From positions 8,990,001 through 9,054,000 of the forward strand of contig OX597823.1 in assembly GCA_951406725.2 (NCBI GenBank): DNA of 64,000 bases. The letters run 5' to 3'. Position 1 is the first letter of the stretch; every line of letters starts with the position of its first letter. The translations under genes and the position numbers were made by a program. This DNA comes from Octopus vulgaris. Lineage: Eukaryota. Below are positions 1-13,385 of this stretch, one piece after another. The notes under the pieces were generated by a model. It did not search any database. It had not been told where the DNA came from and saw only the letters and a program-made list of their open reading frames with translations.

Positions 1-744
1 TGTTCCCCCACCCAACTACCTAAGCGTAGTTCTCAGTAGAAACAGCATGATACAATGAGCCACAAGGCTGTGGGTTTCAAGGATACGTAGAACCCATTTG
101 ACCGGCTTCTTTAGTTTCAATGAGCTCAATTTCATTTAGATGGCATGAACATTTTTAGAATATATATATTCTATTATTCTGTTACTTGTTTTAGTCGTCT
201 GACTGCAGCCATGATGCAGGAGCATCGCCTCTTCACACACACACACACACACAAACATATTTATATATATATACATATATATACATATATACATATATGT
301 TTGATCTAGGTGTGGCTGCTGAAGAGGACTTCGCCTGGCAAATTATTTTATTTTATTTGCTTAAATATGTTTGAAGCAATGTCCAGGAGATAGATGGTAA
401 ATATTTTTACTTTTCATTCCCTAATAGTTTCATCCCTAATATTGGTCTGGGTTTTAGCTGTTCCTTCTAGCGTGCAAGGAATCCTATGACGGATACCTCA
501 AATGTGTTTAAATGTACACTGTATATATATTACGTAAGACCTAATTCAGAAACGCGCGTCTATGGATGATCAGATATCGATTGATTTTCGTTTGCTTTAC
601 TCTCTGCCTGTGTGTTTAAACTTCAAGTATTTTGAGTTCTCTGGATCACCCTTTTTAAAGTAGAAGAAATGGCTAAGATTTTGGCTGCCATTTTTGAACT
701 TCGGTATGCGGCGACGCAATTCTTTTGCCGAACCCTTTTTATTA

Positions 745-792
<48 letters not shown>

Positions 793-806
793 TGTGTGTG
801 TGTGTT

Positions 807-859
<53 letters not shown>

Positions 860-1366
860 GTATAAAGAACAAGTTAAAAATAATGGTCATCACATACGTT
901 TCCTATATTGTGAAAATTTGGCTTACAGCTGTTTCTGGTGATCATTGTAGGTAAATTACTGATAGGTTTAGTCAATTGGCCAATTGATCAATTAAGAAAA
1001 ATTGAACAACCTAAGAAAATTAATGCTGCATTCCTCTGAGCCATTTCTGGTCATAACAAGCATAACACTGAAGGAATGGCCAATAGATGTGGGAGGGAAG
1101 AGCGGAAGATAGACACATGCAAGTAGACTAGAGAACAGAGGAAGACAGTTAGAAAGGAGTGGAGTAGAGTCAATAAAAGCAGGCACATTTTATTGCCAAA
1201 ATTTCGAAGAGACGTAGTCATAAAATATTAGTGTTTGTAGTCACGTCAACACGCATTATCGTATTAGCATTTCATATAGATTGTATATATATCTCCCACT
1301 AGCATTTTCCTTTTTGAGCTTCACCAATCCGCTCCCCTCTGCTACGAATTGTATATAAAACACATA

Positions 1367-1418
<52 letters not shown>

Positions 1419-1703
1419 TATATACATATATATGCGAGCGTAAGTGAGGATACGTGTGAAAATATACTACATGATGTATATATCTGAAAGAGTGCAGTAT
1501 AAAGATTACAAATATTAGATATACGCCATTTATATATATTTTGTTGATCGATCACATTTCACAAGTGTGTAACTACACTCGACAAGTCCTTGTAGTATAG
1601 CTCTAAAGCCTTTCTTCATTTGCATATGCACAAAATTATACAAATGCATAGATATGCGTGTGAGTCTGTGTATGTATGTAGATACATACATATATATATA
1701 TAT

Positions 1704-1753
<50 letters not shown>

Positions 1754-1820
1754 ACATCAACATACGTATATATATATATATATATATATACATACACACA
1801 CACACACATATATATATCTA

Positions 1821-1855
<35 letters not shown>

Positions 1856-1856
<1 letters not shown>

Positions 1857-2691
1857 GAATGGTTGTATACTGTCAATCTAACAAGAACGTGACAGTAGGG
1901 GGTACACCACCGCTGTATAGCCCTAGGAAGCATCGAACGCCTCCTGATAGCTTTGACACATTTTTTCCCTGTGTTCTTATATACATTTACGAAGGGGAGA
2001 CAAACACCCCCAGCTGCCGCAACTGCATCTGGGGACACCGTGTTTCAGGATCGTTGTCCTTCATCGGCCTAGAGTAGCAGATACCGGTCAGCTGGTGATA
2101 TTTGCCTCGACTTCGTAATTGTCTATATCTATATTCAGTGAAGTTTATTCACTGATTATCAAAATAAGAAATATTGAATTTCTAAATCTCTCGTAGAGGC
2201 ATGTACGGTGGTGGGGCGATAGAATGGTTGTATACTGTCAATCTAACAAGAACGTGACAGTAGGGGGTACACCACCGGTGTATAGCCCTAGGAAGCATCG
2301 AACGCCTCCTGATAGCTTTGACACATTTTTGTCCTTATATACATTTTTGTCCTTATATACATTTTTGTCCTTATATACATTTTTGTCCTTATATACATTT
2401 ACGAAGGGGAGACAAACACCCCCGGCTGCCGGAAATGCATCTAGGGACACCGTGTTTCAGGATCGTTGTCCTTCATCGGCAGCCGGGGGTGTTTGTCTCC
2501 CCTTCGTAAATGTATATAAGGACACAGGGAAAAATGTGTCAAAGCTACCAGGAGGCGTTCGATGCTTCCTAGGGCTATACAGCGGTGGTGTACCCCCTAC
2601 TGTCACGTTCTTGTTAGATTGACAGTATACAACCATTCTATCGCCCCACCACCGTACATGCCTCTACGAGAGATTTAGAAATTCAATATTT

Positions 2692-2695
<4 letters not shown>
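1856..2695 (-). mobile_element. Retrozyme-like non-coding element, 365-nt unit: about 1.7 tandem copies plus an inverted partial copy, between (TA)n tracts
   Basis: AGAATGGTTGTATACTG recurs at 1856 and 2221 (period 365). 2477-2695 is the reverse complement of about 2165-2431, lacking the 18-bp stutter. Each unit has an HHR on the minus strand. Confidence 0.8.
2028..2073 (-). ncRNA. Type I hammerhead ribozyme (U4C core variant)
   Basis: Minus strand reads TCTAGG CCGATGA AGGA-CAACGA-TCCT GAAA CACGGTG TC CCCAGA. The second copy (2440-2480) has 3' arm CCTAGA, a perfect match to TCTAGG, but its own 5' arm is lost at the inversion. GUC cleavage triplet. Confidence 0.75.
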
Positions 2696-2772
<77 letters not shown>

Positions 2773-2909
2773 GTATATAAATACTTATGTGTGCATATGT
2801 ATTTATATATCTACATATGTATGTATGTATGTATGTATGCCTGAAAATTTCTTTATCATTTACTGTGATGAATGCAAACGCACGTGTGTATATACGTACG
2901 TATGTGTGC

Positions 2910-2951
<42 letters not shown>

Positions 2952-3951
2952 AATGAAATAAAAAACAGTATATGTATACATATGCACACATATACACGCA
3001 CTTCTACACAGACACATACACACGCAGACACACTCACAAACACGCACATATACATCTCAATATAATAAATGATTGCATATGCCAGTGTGTTCCTATTTTG
3101 ATATAAATGTGTTACTAATTTTTTACGTGTACATGTAGCAATGTGTGTCTGTATTAGTATGTGTATATTTTATATTAGTGTTCACATTTTGCTGCGTATG
3201 TATTTGGTCCCTATGTTTATCATCAAGCAGCATTGGCCTTGTTTTGTTGGAAGAAATTATAATAACATAAACTTTGCTGATATCAGAAAATGGCCGATAA
3301 CAGCAGGTTAAAACGCATAGCAAGAACATGGCGAAAATAATTTTTTCTATCTTCAATGGGAATTGATTCCTTCCAAGCCTTTAAGCTGGCACCGCTTTTG
3401 GTGTTTTGGGATTTTTCTATCTGCGCTTCTTCAGGCGATTAATGTTTGTTGTTGGTAGCGAGTTTTGATCATTTTATGCTCCCTAATACGTCAAAGAGAA
3501 AAACATGCACAGGAAAAACATAATCCGGAAACATAAAAAATACGATAAAATAGGCGGAAAAATGTTAAAGAAAAATATCTTAAACGATATTTCTCCTATT
3601 TTTTTTTATTGTAAATCTTCCTGATTTCCTTCGTTAGTATATATGCAAATGCAATGTTTAAGGCAAACAGCTTAATATAAGCTTGTTGCATTTATCGGTA
3701 GCAACTCTCATAGCTCTGCTTAAATATTCAACATAGATTGTACGTTGATGTCGATACACAGTTTAAAATACTTATAAGATTCTGCTTATAAAAACGGAAT
3801 ATTTCAGAACGAAACAAAACAATAATTTTATTCCCCTATACACCCGTGCATAACCATACACTGTGTACTCGACATCTTCCCTATCTCTATCTCTCTCACT
3901 CTCTCTCCCTTCTTTGCCCCTCTTTATTCACTGTTTATCTTAGTCACAGAA

Positions 3952-3990
<39 letters not shown>

Positions 3991-4023
3991 ATCGATAGGT
4001 AGATATATGTATACATATGTGTC

Positions 4024-4116
<93 letters not shown>

Positions 4117-4271
4117 ACATATATGAATATACACACATATATATATATGTATCTATACATGCGTGTTTATATATACACACACACACACATACGTATACAT
4201 GTGTGTTTATATATATACACACACACATATATATACATGTGTGTTTATGTATAAATGTGTGTGTATCTAAG

Positions 4272-4308
<37 letters not shown>

Positions 4309-4324
4309 TAAAGAAAAACCACTG

Positions 4325-4394
<70 letters not shown>

Positions 4395-4959
4395 GTGTAT
4401 GCATATATGTGTGTGTCTTTGTGTATATGAATGCGTGGGGGTAAGGTGATGGTTGACAATATATATGATAAACGGTTACACCAAATCGTAATTTACACAG
4501 ATTTTCACAAAGATCTTTACTATATAACCTTATAAGCACCACATGCATATCTCGTCATAGCCCTTATGCGCATTGTCATTTGTACGGGCAACTATATAAA
4601 CATGCACACACTTTATATTTGTGTGAGTTCACATAAATATATATACATCATATATACGTACATACATACATAAAAACACACAGGCACACATATATATGTA
4701 TATATTCATATATATACATATTGATATATATATATACACACATATACACATGTGTATACATATTTATATATACACCTATATATATATATACGTATATATA
4801 TATACATATTTATATATACACCTATATATATATATACGTATATATATATACATATGTATATACATATACATATATACCTATATATATGTATATATATATA
4901 CATGTATGTATATGGGTATATGTATATCATATATACACGTATACACGCATATATACATG

Positions 4960-4999
<40 letters not shown>

Positions 5000-5442
5000 T
5001 GTATACACGCATATATATATATATGTATGTATGTATATGTATGTGTGCATGTATTTATGTATGTATGTGAGCATGTGTATGTTTGCAGTAAGTGAGTGTG
5101 TGTGTGTGTGTGTGTGTAGTGTGTGTGTGTATAGATATTTAAGCACACATATACAGACACATATACCTGCGCAAACACACATCCACCACTCATAAACGGA
5201 GAGACAGTAAAAATCCTCGCAGATCCTCACAAATAAACGTAAAACATTTGAATTATTCAAATAGTTAACGCTGTCATAAATTCTATTTATCGCAGTTCGT
5301 GCACTGTGTTGTTGTTGCACTATCATTGTTGTTGTTGTTGTTGTAGCTGGTGATGCCATAAACAAATATAATGATGCTGATGCTGATGTCTTATATTAAT
5401 GTGATAATAACTATGATGATGTTTTACGTGATGGTGTTGTTA

Positions 5443-5479
<37 letters not shown>

Positions 5480-5711
5480 GCAATGGTGAATAGGGTCCCC
5501 ATCAGAGAAAAAGAAACAAGAAGGGGAAATATTGGTCGTTTATCTCCCCTTTATTTTATGCAAATTTTCTTTAATTCCTTCTTTCTATCTTGAATTCTTT
5601 CTTTCTATATTGTGCTTGTCGCTGTAGTTCATAATTTTTTCGTATTTTCCTTCCTTCCTTCCTTCCTTTCTTCCTCCATTCATTCATTCGTTCAATTATT
5701 CATTAATCCAA

Positions 5712-6552
5712 TCTTCTTCTTCTTCTTCTTCTTCTTCTTCTTCTTCTTCTTCTTCTTCTTCTTCTTCTTCTTCTTCTTCTTTTTCTTATCTTCTTCTTCT
5801 TATCTTCTTCTTCTTATCTTCTTCTTCTTATCTTCTTCTCCCTCTTCTACTCCTTCTTCTTCTTCTTCTTATCTTCTTCTTCTTATCTTCTTCTCCCTCT
5901 TCTACTCCTTCTTCTTCTTCTTCTTATCTTCTTCTCCCTCTTCTACTCCTTCTTCTTCTTCTTCTTATCTTCTTCTTCTTATCTTCTTCTCCCTCTTCTA
6001 CTCCTTCTTCTTCTTCTTCTTCTTCTCCTTCTTCTTCTTCTTCTTCTTCTTCTCCTGCTCCTTCTTCTTCTTCTTCTTCTTCTCCTTCTTCTTCTTCTTC
6101 TTCTTCTTCTTCATCTTCTTCTTCCTCTTCTTCATCTTCTTCTTCATCTTCTTCTTCATCTTCTTCTTTTTCTTCTTCTTCTTCTTCTTATCTCCTTCTT
6201 CTCCTTGTACTTCTACCTCTTCTTCCCCTTCTTCTTCTTCATCTTCTTCTTCATCTTCTTCTTATCTTCTTCTTCTTATCTTCTTCTCCCTCTTCTACTC
6301 CGTCATCTTCTTCTTCATCTTCTTCTTTTTCTTCTTCTTCTTCTTCTTATCTCCTTCTTCTCCTTGTACTTCTACCTCTTCTTCCCCTTCTTCTTCTTCA
6401 TCTTCTTCTTCATCTTCTTCTTATCTTCTTCTTCTTATCTTCTTCTCCCTCTTCTACTCCTTCTTCTTCTTCTTCATCTTCTTCTTCTTCTTCTTCTTCT
6501 TCTTCTTCTTCTTCTTCTTCTTCTTCTTCTTCTTCTTCTTCTTCTTCTTCTC
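5712..6552. repeat. Complex (TTC)n triplet array with internal higher-order duplications
   Basis: About 840 bp of TTC/TCT with repeated TTATCT, CCCTCTTCTACTCC and CCTTGTACTTCTACC blocks. The poly-F/S/L ORFs are artefacts. Confidence 0.95.
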
Positions 6553-6903
6553 ATAGTCTTTGATGTATGATGGTAGTGATGACCCTAATGTCACTGCTGT
6601 GGGTGATAAAATATATTTCTCCTTTACAGAGACATCTTTACAAACAGAGGTTGCTTTTTAGCAAGTTTCTCGCTTTTGGTTCTTGAACGAATTTGCAGCA
6701 TGTCACATATTCGTAGAATTTGATATCCGTTAACTAAGGGGAGATAATGAAGGACAGATAATCCGGTGACAAGATGGAGATACTTTATGTTTGACTCGTG
6801 GCATATTAATGTGGAGATACTTAATGAGATATAAAGTCAATTGAGGAGGAATACTTTAAGTCATAGATGATATTGAGTGGAGATGACATGATTTAGGGAC
6901 ATA

Positions 6904-7068
6904 AGGCGGCGAGTTGGAAGGCTAGTTAGCACGCCGGGCAAAATGCTTAGCTCTATTTCTGCAATCATTACGTTCTGAGTCCGGATACTGCCGAGGTCGG
7001 CTTTGTCTCTCTTCCTTTAGGGGTCGATAAAATACGTATCAGTTGAGTACAGGGATCGATGTAGTCGA
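6904..7068 (+). mobile_element. tRNA-derived SINE family B (Nin/Deu-like core), partial
   Basis: AGGCGGCGAGTTGG head, ...GAGGTCGGCTTTG...GGGGTCGATAAA core shared with the other copies. Confidence 0.7.
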
Positions 7069-8069
7069 TTTGTATTTTGTTTTTGTTGTTTATGTTTATT
7101 ATTATTTTGTTCATGTGTTTACATCCACTTATTATTATCATTACATATGCTTGTATGTATGTATGTATGTATGTATAACAACAGTACTAGTAATAATAAT
7201 AATAAATCGAATCGAAATATATATATATATATATATATAGTTATTTATTTCTATTAGTTTATTTATCTGTGTATTTATTATGTTTTCGGGATCCTCTATC
7301 GTCATATGTTGTGGTGTGTGTTAATGCTCCATTCTAGTTTTCTATTCAGGCTAGGTTTATTTTCTATTATGTGTGTAGCTTCTGTAATTTGTCTAATTGT
7401 TGCATCTGTTCTATGTGTGGACAATATTTTAATTTCTATGTTATTGATTGATCCCCCGTGTTCCTGTTCGGCGTGTTGGTAGAGAATCGATGAGCTTTTA
7501 CCTTCCTTGAGTTGTCTCCAATGTCCAGTTACCCGCTCTCCTATGCTTCTTGCCGTTTCCCCTACGTATGTCGTTGTCTTGTTACTGCATCGTCCCTCTA
7601 TACATCTTATACTATAGACTAAATTTCTGGCTTTACCGTTTGTTTGTGGGCTAAATCTACATACAGTACAGTACTTATCCGTACAGGGGGTTCTACTAAA
7701 AGGATAGGTTCTACCAATTATAGATTTGATAGGGTTGCCTGGCTTTTCAACAACCTTAATTCTTAGCTTAAGTTTGTCTAGGGTCCTTCTAAAGTGATAC
7801 GCCAGTTCACCTCCAGAGGTCGTGTCAACGAACATGACACTCTGGTATTTATAGCTATCATACCAAGAGTTGGCCTTCCCTATTTTTTTTTGTCCTTTCT
7901 ATAGTGTTCCATGACTTGTTCCTAAAGAGTGGGCAAATCCCATTCCTATCATTACATAATATATTATCAAATTACTTCATGGCTCCTTTGTATACTCTGA
8001 TCCTTTCTTTATGACTGTAACCTGAGAACTGCATGCGGTGAATGAAATATTGTATGTGTCTCTTTAACT
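7068..8069 (-). mobile_element. Penelope-like retroelement 3' part: RT thumb, GIY-YIG endonuclease and 3' UTR (Naiad-like motifs)
   Basis: ORF 7302-7835: PCTDKYCTVC...NLVYSIRC...YVGETARSIGERVTGH...IRQITEATHI...PSLNRKLEW, a GIY-YIG domain with Cys linker. Frameshifted upstream. Confidence 0.85.
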
Positions 8070-8354
8070 AGACACTGAACTCTGGCTAGAAATTGTGAAT
8101 AATAAAACCCAAATCCTTCATTCATACTATGCCAAACCTATGGCCTCAAAATACTTGATCCACCGGAACTCAGCCATTGCGGACAATGCCAAATTCAATA
8201 TTTTGATGGCAGACTTCGTCAGAATAATGAGAAATGTGTCACGCATGTGCGAGCCCACAGAGTTAAAGATACACATACAATATTTCATTCACCGCATGCA
8301 GTTCTCAGGTTACAGCCATAAAGAAAGGATCAGAGTATACAAAGGAGCCATGAA

Positions 8355-8405
<51 letters not shown>

Positions 8406-8950
8406 CGATTCGATTTATTATTATTATTACTAGTATTGTTGTTATACATACATACATAGAAGCATATGTAATGATAATAATAAGTAGATGTAAACACATG
8501 AACAAAATAAAAATAAACATAAACAACAAAAACAAAATACAAATTACATGAACATATATAAACAGAAGATACAAATATTACAGGCATCCACCACACATAC
8601 ACACACTAAATAAACATAGACGCACATAGAGATATAAGCATGCGCAAATGAAGACATACAATAGAAATACAAAATGGCTGACGGTTAGTAAGGAGAGGCA
8701 CAAATAAGAAAGAAGAAAACAAAGGACCACTGATGCGGTCACAGGAGTGTGACGAAAGAACTCTGGCCGAAATAAGATTAAGATTAATGTAAACAATAAA
8801 TAACACTGAAGCAAAATAACACCAAATATATAGTGTTTTTATTGGCTAAACTGGCAATATGACCATTCCGAAATATAACAATATCTGTTTCAACACACGA
8901 CTTCACATAAAAAATCTTGCACAACAAATATTTAAACGTATATATATATA
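8070..8950 (+). mobile_element. Inverted second segment of the same Penelope-like element (RT thumb, then 3' UTR with HHR)
   Basis: LHSYYAKPMASKYLIHRNSAI...KFNILMADFVRIMRNVS is a PLE RT C-terminus. 8263-8352 is the reverse complement of 7975-8069, and 8403-8545 of 7068-7217. Confidence 0.8.
8724..8768 (+). ncRNA. Degenerate minimal type I hammerhead in the Penelope 3' region
   Basis: GGACCA CTGATGC G GTCAC-AGGAGT-GTGAC GAAA GAAC TC TGGCC; A9 appears mutated to C. Confidence 0.6.
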
Positions 8951-9201
8951 TATATATACTAAGCAATAAAGGGTTTAGCAACGAATTGCCTTACCACAGA
9001 CCGAATTTAGAAATAGCAGTCAAAGAGTTATAGCTATTTCTTCTACTAAAAAGGGAGATCTCAGTAAAAAACACAGCAATTGGAAGGCAGACACAAACAG
9101 GTAAGAGAGAATGAATTGACGGCAATCTATCATACAATTTTAAGTTATATATATATATATGTATATATATACGTATATATATATATATATATATACATAT
9201 A

Positions 9202-9359
9202 TACGACAGGCTTCTTTCAGTTTCCGTCTACCAAATCCACTCACAAGGTATTGGTCAGCCCGGGGCTATAGCAGAAGACACTTGCCCAAGGTGCCGCGCA
9301 GTGGGACTGAACCCAGAACCATGTGGTTGGTAAGCTAGCTATTTACCACACAGCCGCTC
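9202..9359 (-). mobile_element. tRNA-derived SINE family A, head half
   Basis: Reverse complement of GGCTGTGTGGTAA...GGTTCAGTCCC...CTGAAAGAAGCCTGTCG. Confidence 0.8.
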
Positions 9360-9570
9360 TTTATTCAGGATGGCACGACAAATGTGGACACTATTGACAA
9401 ATGTGGAGCGCGATTTGAGGGAGATGTGGCAAGTGTGTCGAACGATTAAGACGTTTCACATTCTAACTTACACTAACTTACACTAGTGTCCCGTATTTGC
9501 GGTAGAGGACATAGGATTAAGCATTCATAAAAGTTGGTAATTACGCGATAGCTCTTAAGACCTATTGTAG

Positions 9571-9618
<48 letters not shown>

Positions 9619-9872
9619 GCTGCTGTTGCTGCTGCTGCCGCTGCTGCTGCTGCTACTACTACTACTACTACTACTACTGCTGCTGCTACTACTACTACTA
9701 CCACTACAAATAATATTAGTAAAAGTACTACAATAAAGATGGTATTGGGATGTTATTGTTGGTGGTAGTAGTAAGTAGCAGCAGCTGCAGCAGCAACAGT
9801 AGCAGCATCAGCAGCATCAGCATCAGCATCAGCATCATCATCATCATCAGCAGCAGTAGCAGCAGCAGTAGC

Positions 9873-9926
<54 letters not shown>

Positions 9927-10537
9927 TCTATAGCACAAAGGTAATCAGTCGAACACTTGGATTCGCCCCAGAAACCCAGATATTCGGATAACAACGTCAA
10001 ATTTAGAAATTTATCTGACATGGTGTTCAGTGATGAAATTTATCATCCTAATGGCTTTATACAGATGACCACACTGTGCTTATGGTGTATTTTATGATAA
10101 GTTCTCTAATAGTATATTAAGCTATTTTCATAAGACAATAGAGCGAAACTTGTACGGAATCTGGCTGCCCATCCCATCAGATGGAACGAACGAAACTTAG
10201 CTTTTGCATTCACGTGTAGTGACTAATGAAGTTGCTTTAATCCAAGTTGATCTCATTGGGTAAATCTATGATTAAAGTACAGAGAAAGACAATTGGGTAA
10301 CGGCGTTAGTAAGAGAGGTCGGGAAGGTGTAAGGAGAGAGTGAAGTGTAGTGCCAGAATGAAACAGGGGACGCTAAGTTACGAGAAGTTAAGAGAAGTTA
10401 GTATAAGTTAAGGCACTTGGTGTGACGTGACAGGTAGAAATGAAAAGGTAGAAGTACGTGATGACTGAGAAATTAGCAATTAAAGACTGAGAAAGGGAAA
10501 AGGCAAAGGGAAAAATGAAAAATGAAAAAATTGAAAG

Positions 10538-10699
10538 AGGAGTGGATGTGTGGTAAGTAGCTTGCTAACCAACAACATGGTTCCGGGTTCAGTCCCACTG
10601 CGTGGCATCTTGGGCAAGTGTCTTCTGCTATAGAACCCCGGGCCGACCAATGCCTTGTGAGTGGATTTGGTAGACGGAAACTGAAAGAAGCCTGTCGTA

Positions 10700-10779
<80 letters not shown>

Positions 10780-10998
10780 TGTGTGTGTATATGTTTGTGT
10801 GTCTGTGTTTGTTCCCCTAGCATTGCTTGACAACCGATACTGGTGTGTTTACTTGTCCGTAACTTAGCGGTTCGGCAAAAGAGATCGATAGAATAAGTAC
10901 TGGGCTTACAAAGAATAAGTTCCGGGGTCGATTTGCTCGACTAAAGGCGGTGCTCCAGCATGGCCGCAGTCAAATGATTGAAACAAGTAAAAGAGTAA
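10538..10998 (+). mobile_element. tRNA-derived SINE family A, full length, with internal (TA)n
   Basis: A-box-like GTGG..GTGTGG, B-box-like GGTTCAGTCCC, internal TA/GT microsatellite, tail GAAACAAGTAAAAGAGTA. Confidence 0.85.
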
Positions 10999-11888
10999 AT
11001 GTAAAAATGAAAAATGAAAAGCTGAGGCAGTGTGAACAGGTGAGATTTTATTGGCGGCGTTGTCTTGTTGTCTCTCTGTAGAAGACCAAAACTATGTTGT
11101 CTGAGATACATCAGCGCATTATCTATGATTGAAGACATTCCAGATGCGGCTATTCCTTATTTATTTAATTCAAATGTTAAATGTACTACGTTATTCAATG
11201 TAACGCTTGTTAAGGCGATAGTGTGTAGTTCAAAGAATATCCGACTGCACTTTCTAGCATTTAAAATGTCCATATTGAAGTTCCTTTATCAACTACGATC
11301 GTATAATAAGCAGCAGTGTGACAGTCTCATATCCCCGCCTTCAAAGTACTTACTGATGACTTTGTTGAGTTATCATTAAATGATTATTAAAGTATTAGCA
11401 ATAATACCGTATGAATATGAAATGCATCGAAGATAACCTACTTTCATTTTTGTATTCATTAGCAATGTTTGAATAGCTACTGGATTACAGAAATAGGTAT
11501 AAACTATAGACTCCTTAGGAAATCAGCAACCGAAACTATGATGCATTGTATGATTAATTTTAGCATTTTAGATAACATTTGTAAAGTGAACCGCTTAGGT
11601 ACAACATAGAAGCGCATAATAGTGTATATTATATATAGTGCTCTATTTAACGCACATTCATTGCGACCATACATATTTATATTCACACAACACAGACAGA
11701 TATTAGTGTTCGTGTGGAGTTAGACACTTGCGTAGCACACTGTTACACATCAATCAAGATAGAATATTATACTTATCACTTAACAGTAAATACTTATGCA
11801 GACACGTACAGAGACAAACAGCGCGTACAGAGAGATACACACGATTACTTATACAAATAGAATGAGAGAAAAGGAGCGAAAGAGAGGG

Positions 11889-11971
<83 letters not shown>

Positions 11972-11982
11972 CATATATATAT

Positions 11983-12066
<84 letters not shown>

Positions 12067-12175
12067 GTATATACATATATGTATATATATGTATATGTAT
12101 ATATATATGTATATATATATATATATATACAGAGAGAGAGAGACAGAGACATACACACATATATGTACATATAAT

Positions 12176-12213
<38 letters not shown>

Positions 12214-12608
12214 TACTCTTTTACTCTTTTACTTGTTTCAGTCATTTGACTGCGGCCATGCTGGAGCACCGCCTTTAGTCGAGCAAATCGACCCCGGGAC
12301 TTATTCTTTGTAAGCCCAGTACTTATTCTATCGGTCTCTTTTGCCGAACCGCTAAGTAACGGGGACGTAAACACACCAGCATCGGTTGTCAAGCAATGCT
12401 AGGGGGACAAACAGATACACATACATATATATATATACATATATACGACAGGCTTCTTTCAGTTTCCGTCTACCAAATCCACTCACAAGGCATTGGTCGG
12501 CCCGAGGCTATAGCAGAAGACACTTGCCCAAGATGCCACGCAGTGATACTGAACTCGCAACCATGTGGTTGGTTAGCAAGCTACTTACCACACAGCCACT
12601 CCTGCGCT
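12214..12608 (-). mobile_element. SINE family A, full length
   Basis: Colinear reverse complement of 10538-10998. Confidence 0.85.
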
Positions 12609-12675
12609 ATATATATATATATATAATATATACGTACATCTGTGTGTGTATAGAGAGAGATAGAGAGAATGGGAC

Positions 12676-12709
<34 letters not shown>

Positions 12710-13013
12710 GGTAAAAAGAGAGAGGGAGACACACACAAATGTTTATGTAAAAAAAACTGTATTAGGAAAGTAAATTGTGCAGAGAGGCAGTGATGATAAA
12801 AGAAGATACTTGAACCAAGATTCAAAGATTAGAGAGAAGATAGTAGATTATGGGATATGTTTTTTTTTAGAAGTAAACCATTAAAAACTAATAGCATTGG
12901 CAATTAATGGGTTTCAGGTCTTTGTGTATGCACACACATATGCACTATTATCTATCTATCTATATATCTATCTATCTATCTACCTTTTCATACATATATA
13001 TATATACAAATAC

Positions 13014-13078
<65 letters not shown>

Positions 13079-13104
13079 AACATATATATATATATATACA
13101 AACA

Positions 13105-13159
<55 letters not shown>

Positions 13160-13175
13160 GTATATATACATATAC

Positions 13176-13216
<41 letters not shown>

Positions 13217-13351
13217 CATACATATATATAAACATGTATAAATATATATGTAAGTGAATATATGCATATATAATGATATGTATATATACATATATATATA
13301 TATACATATATATATATAAAGATATATATATATATATTTATATATGAATTA

Positions 13352-13385
<34 letters not shown>

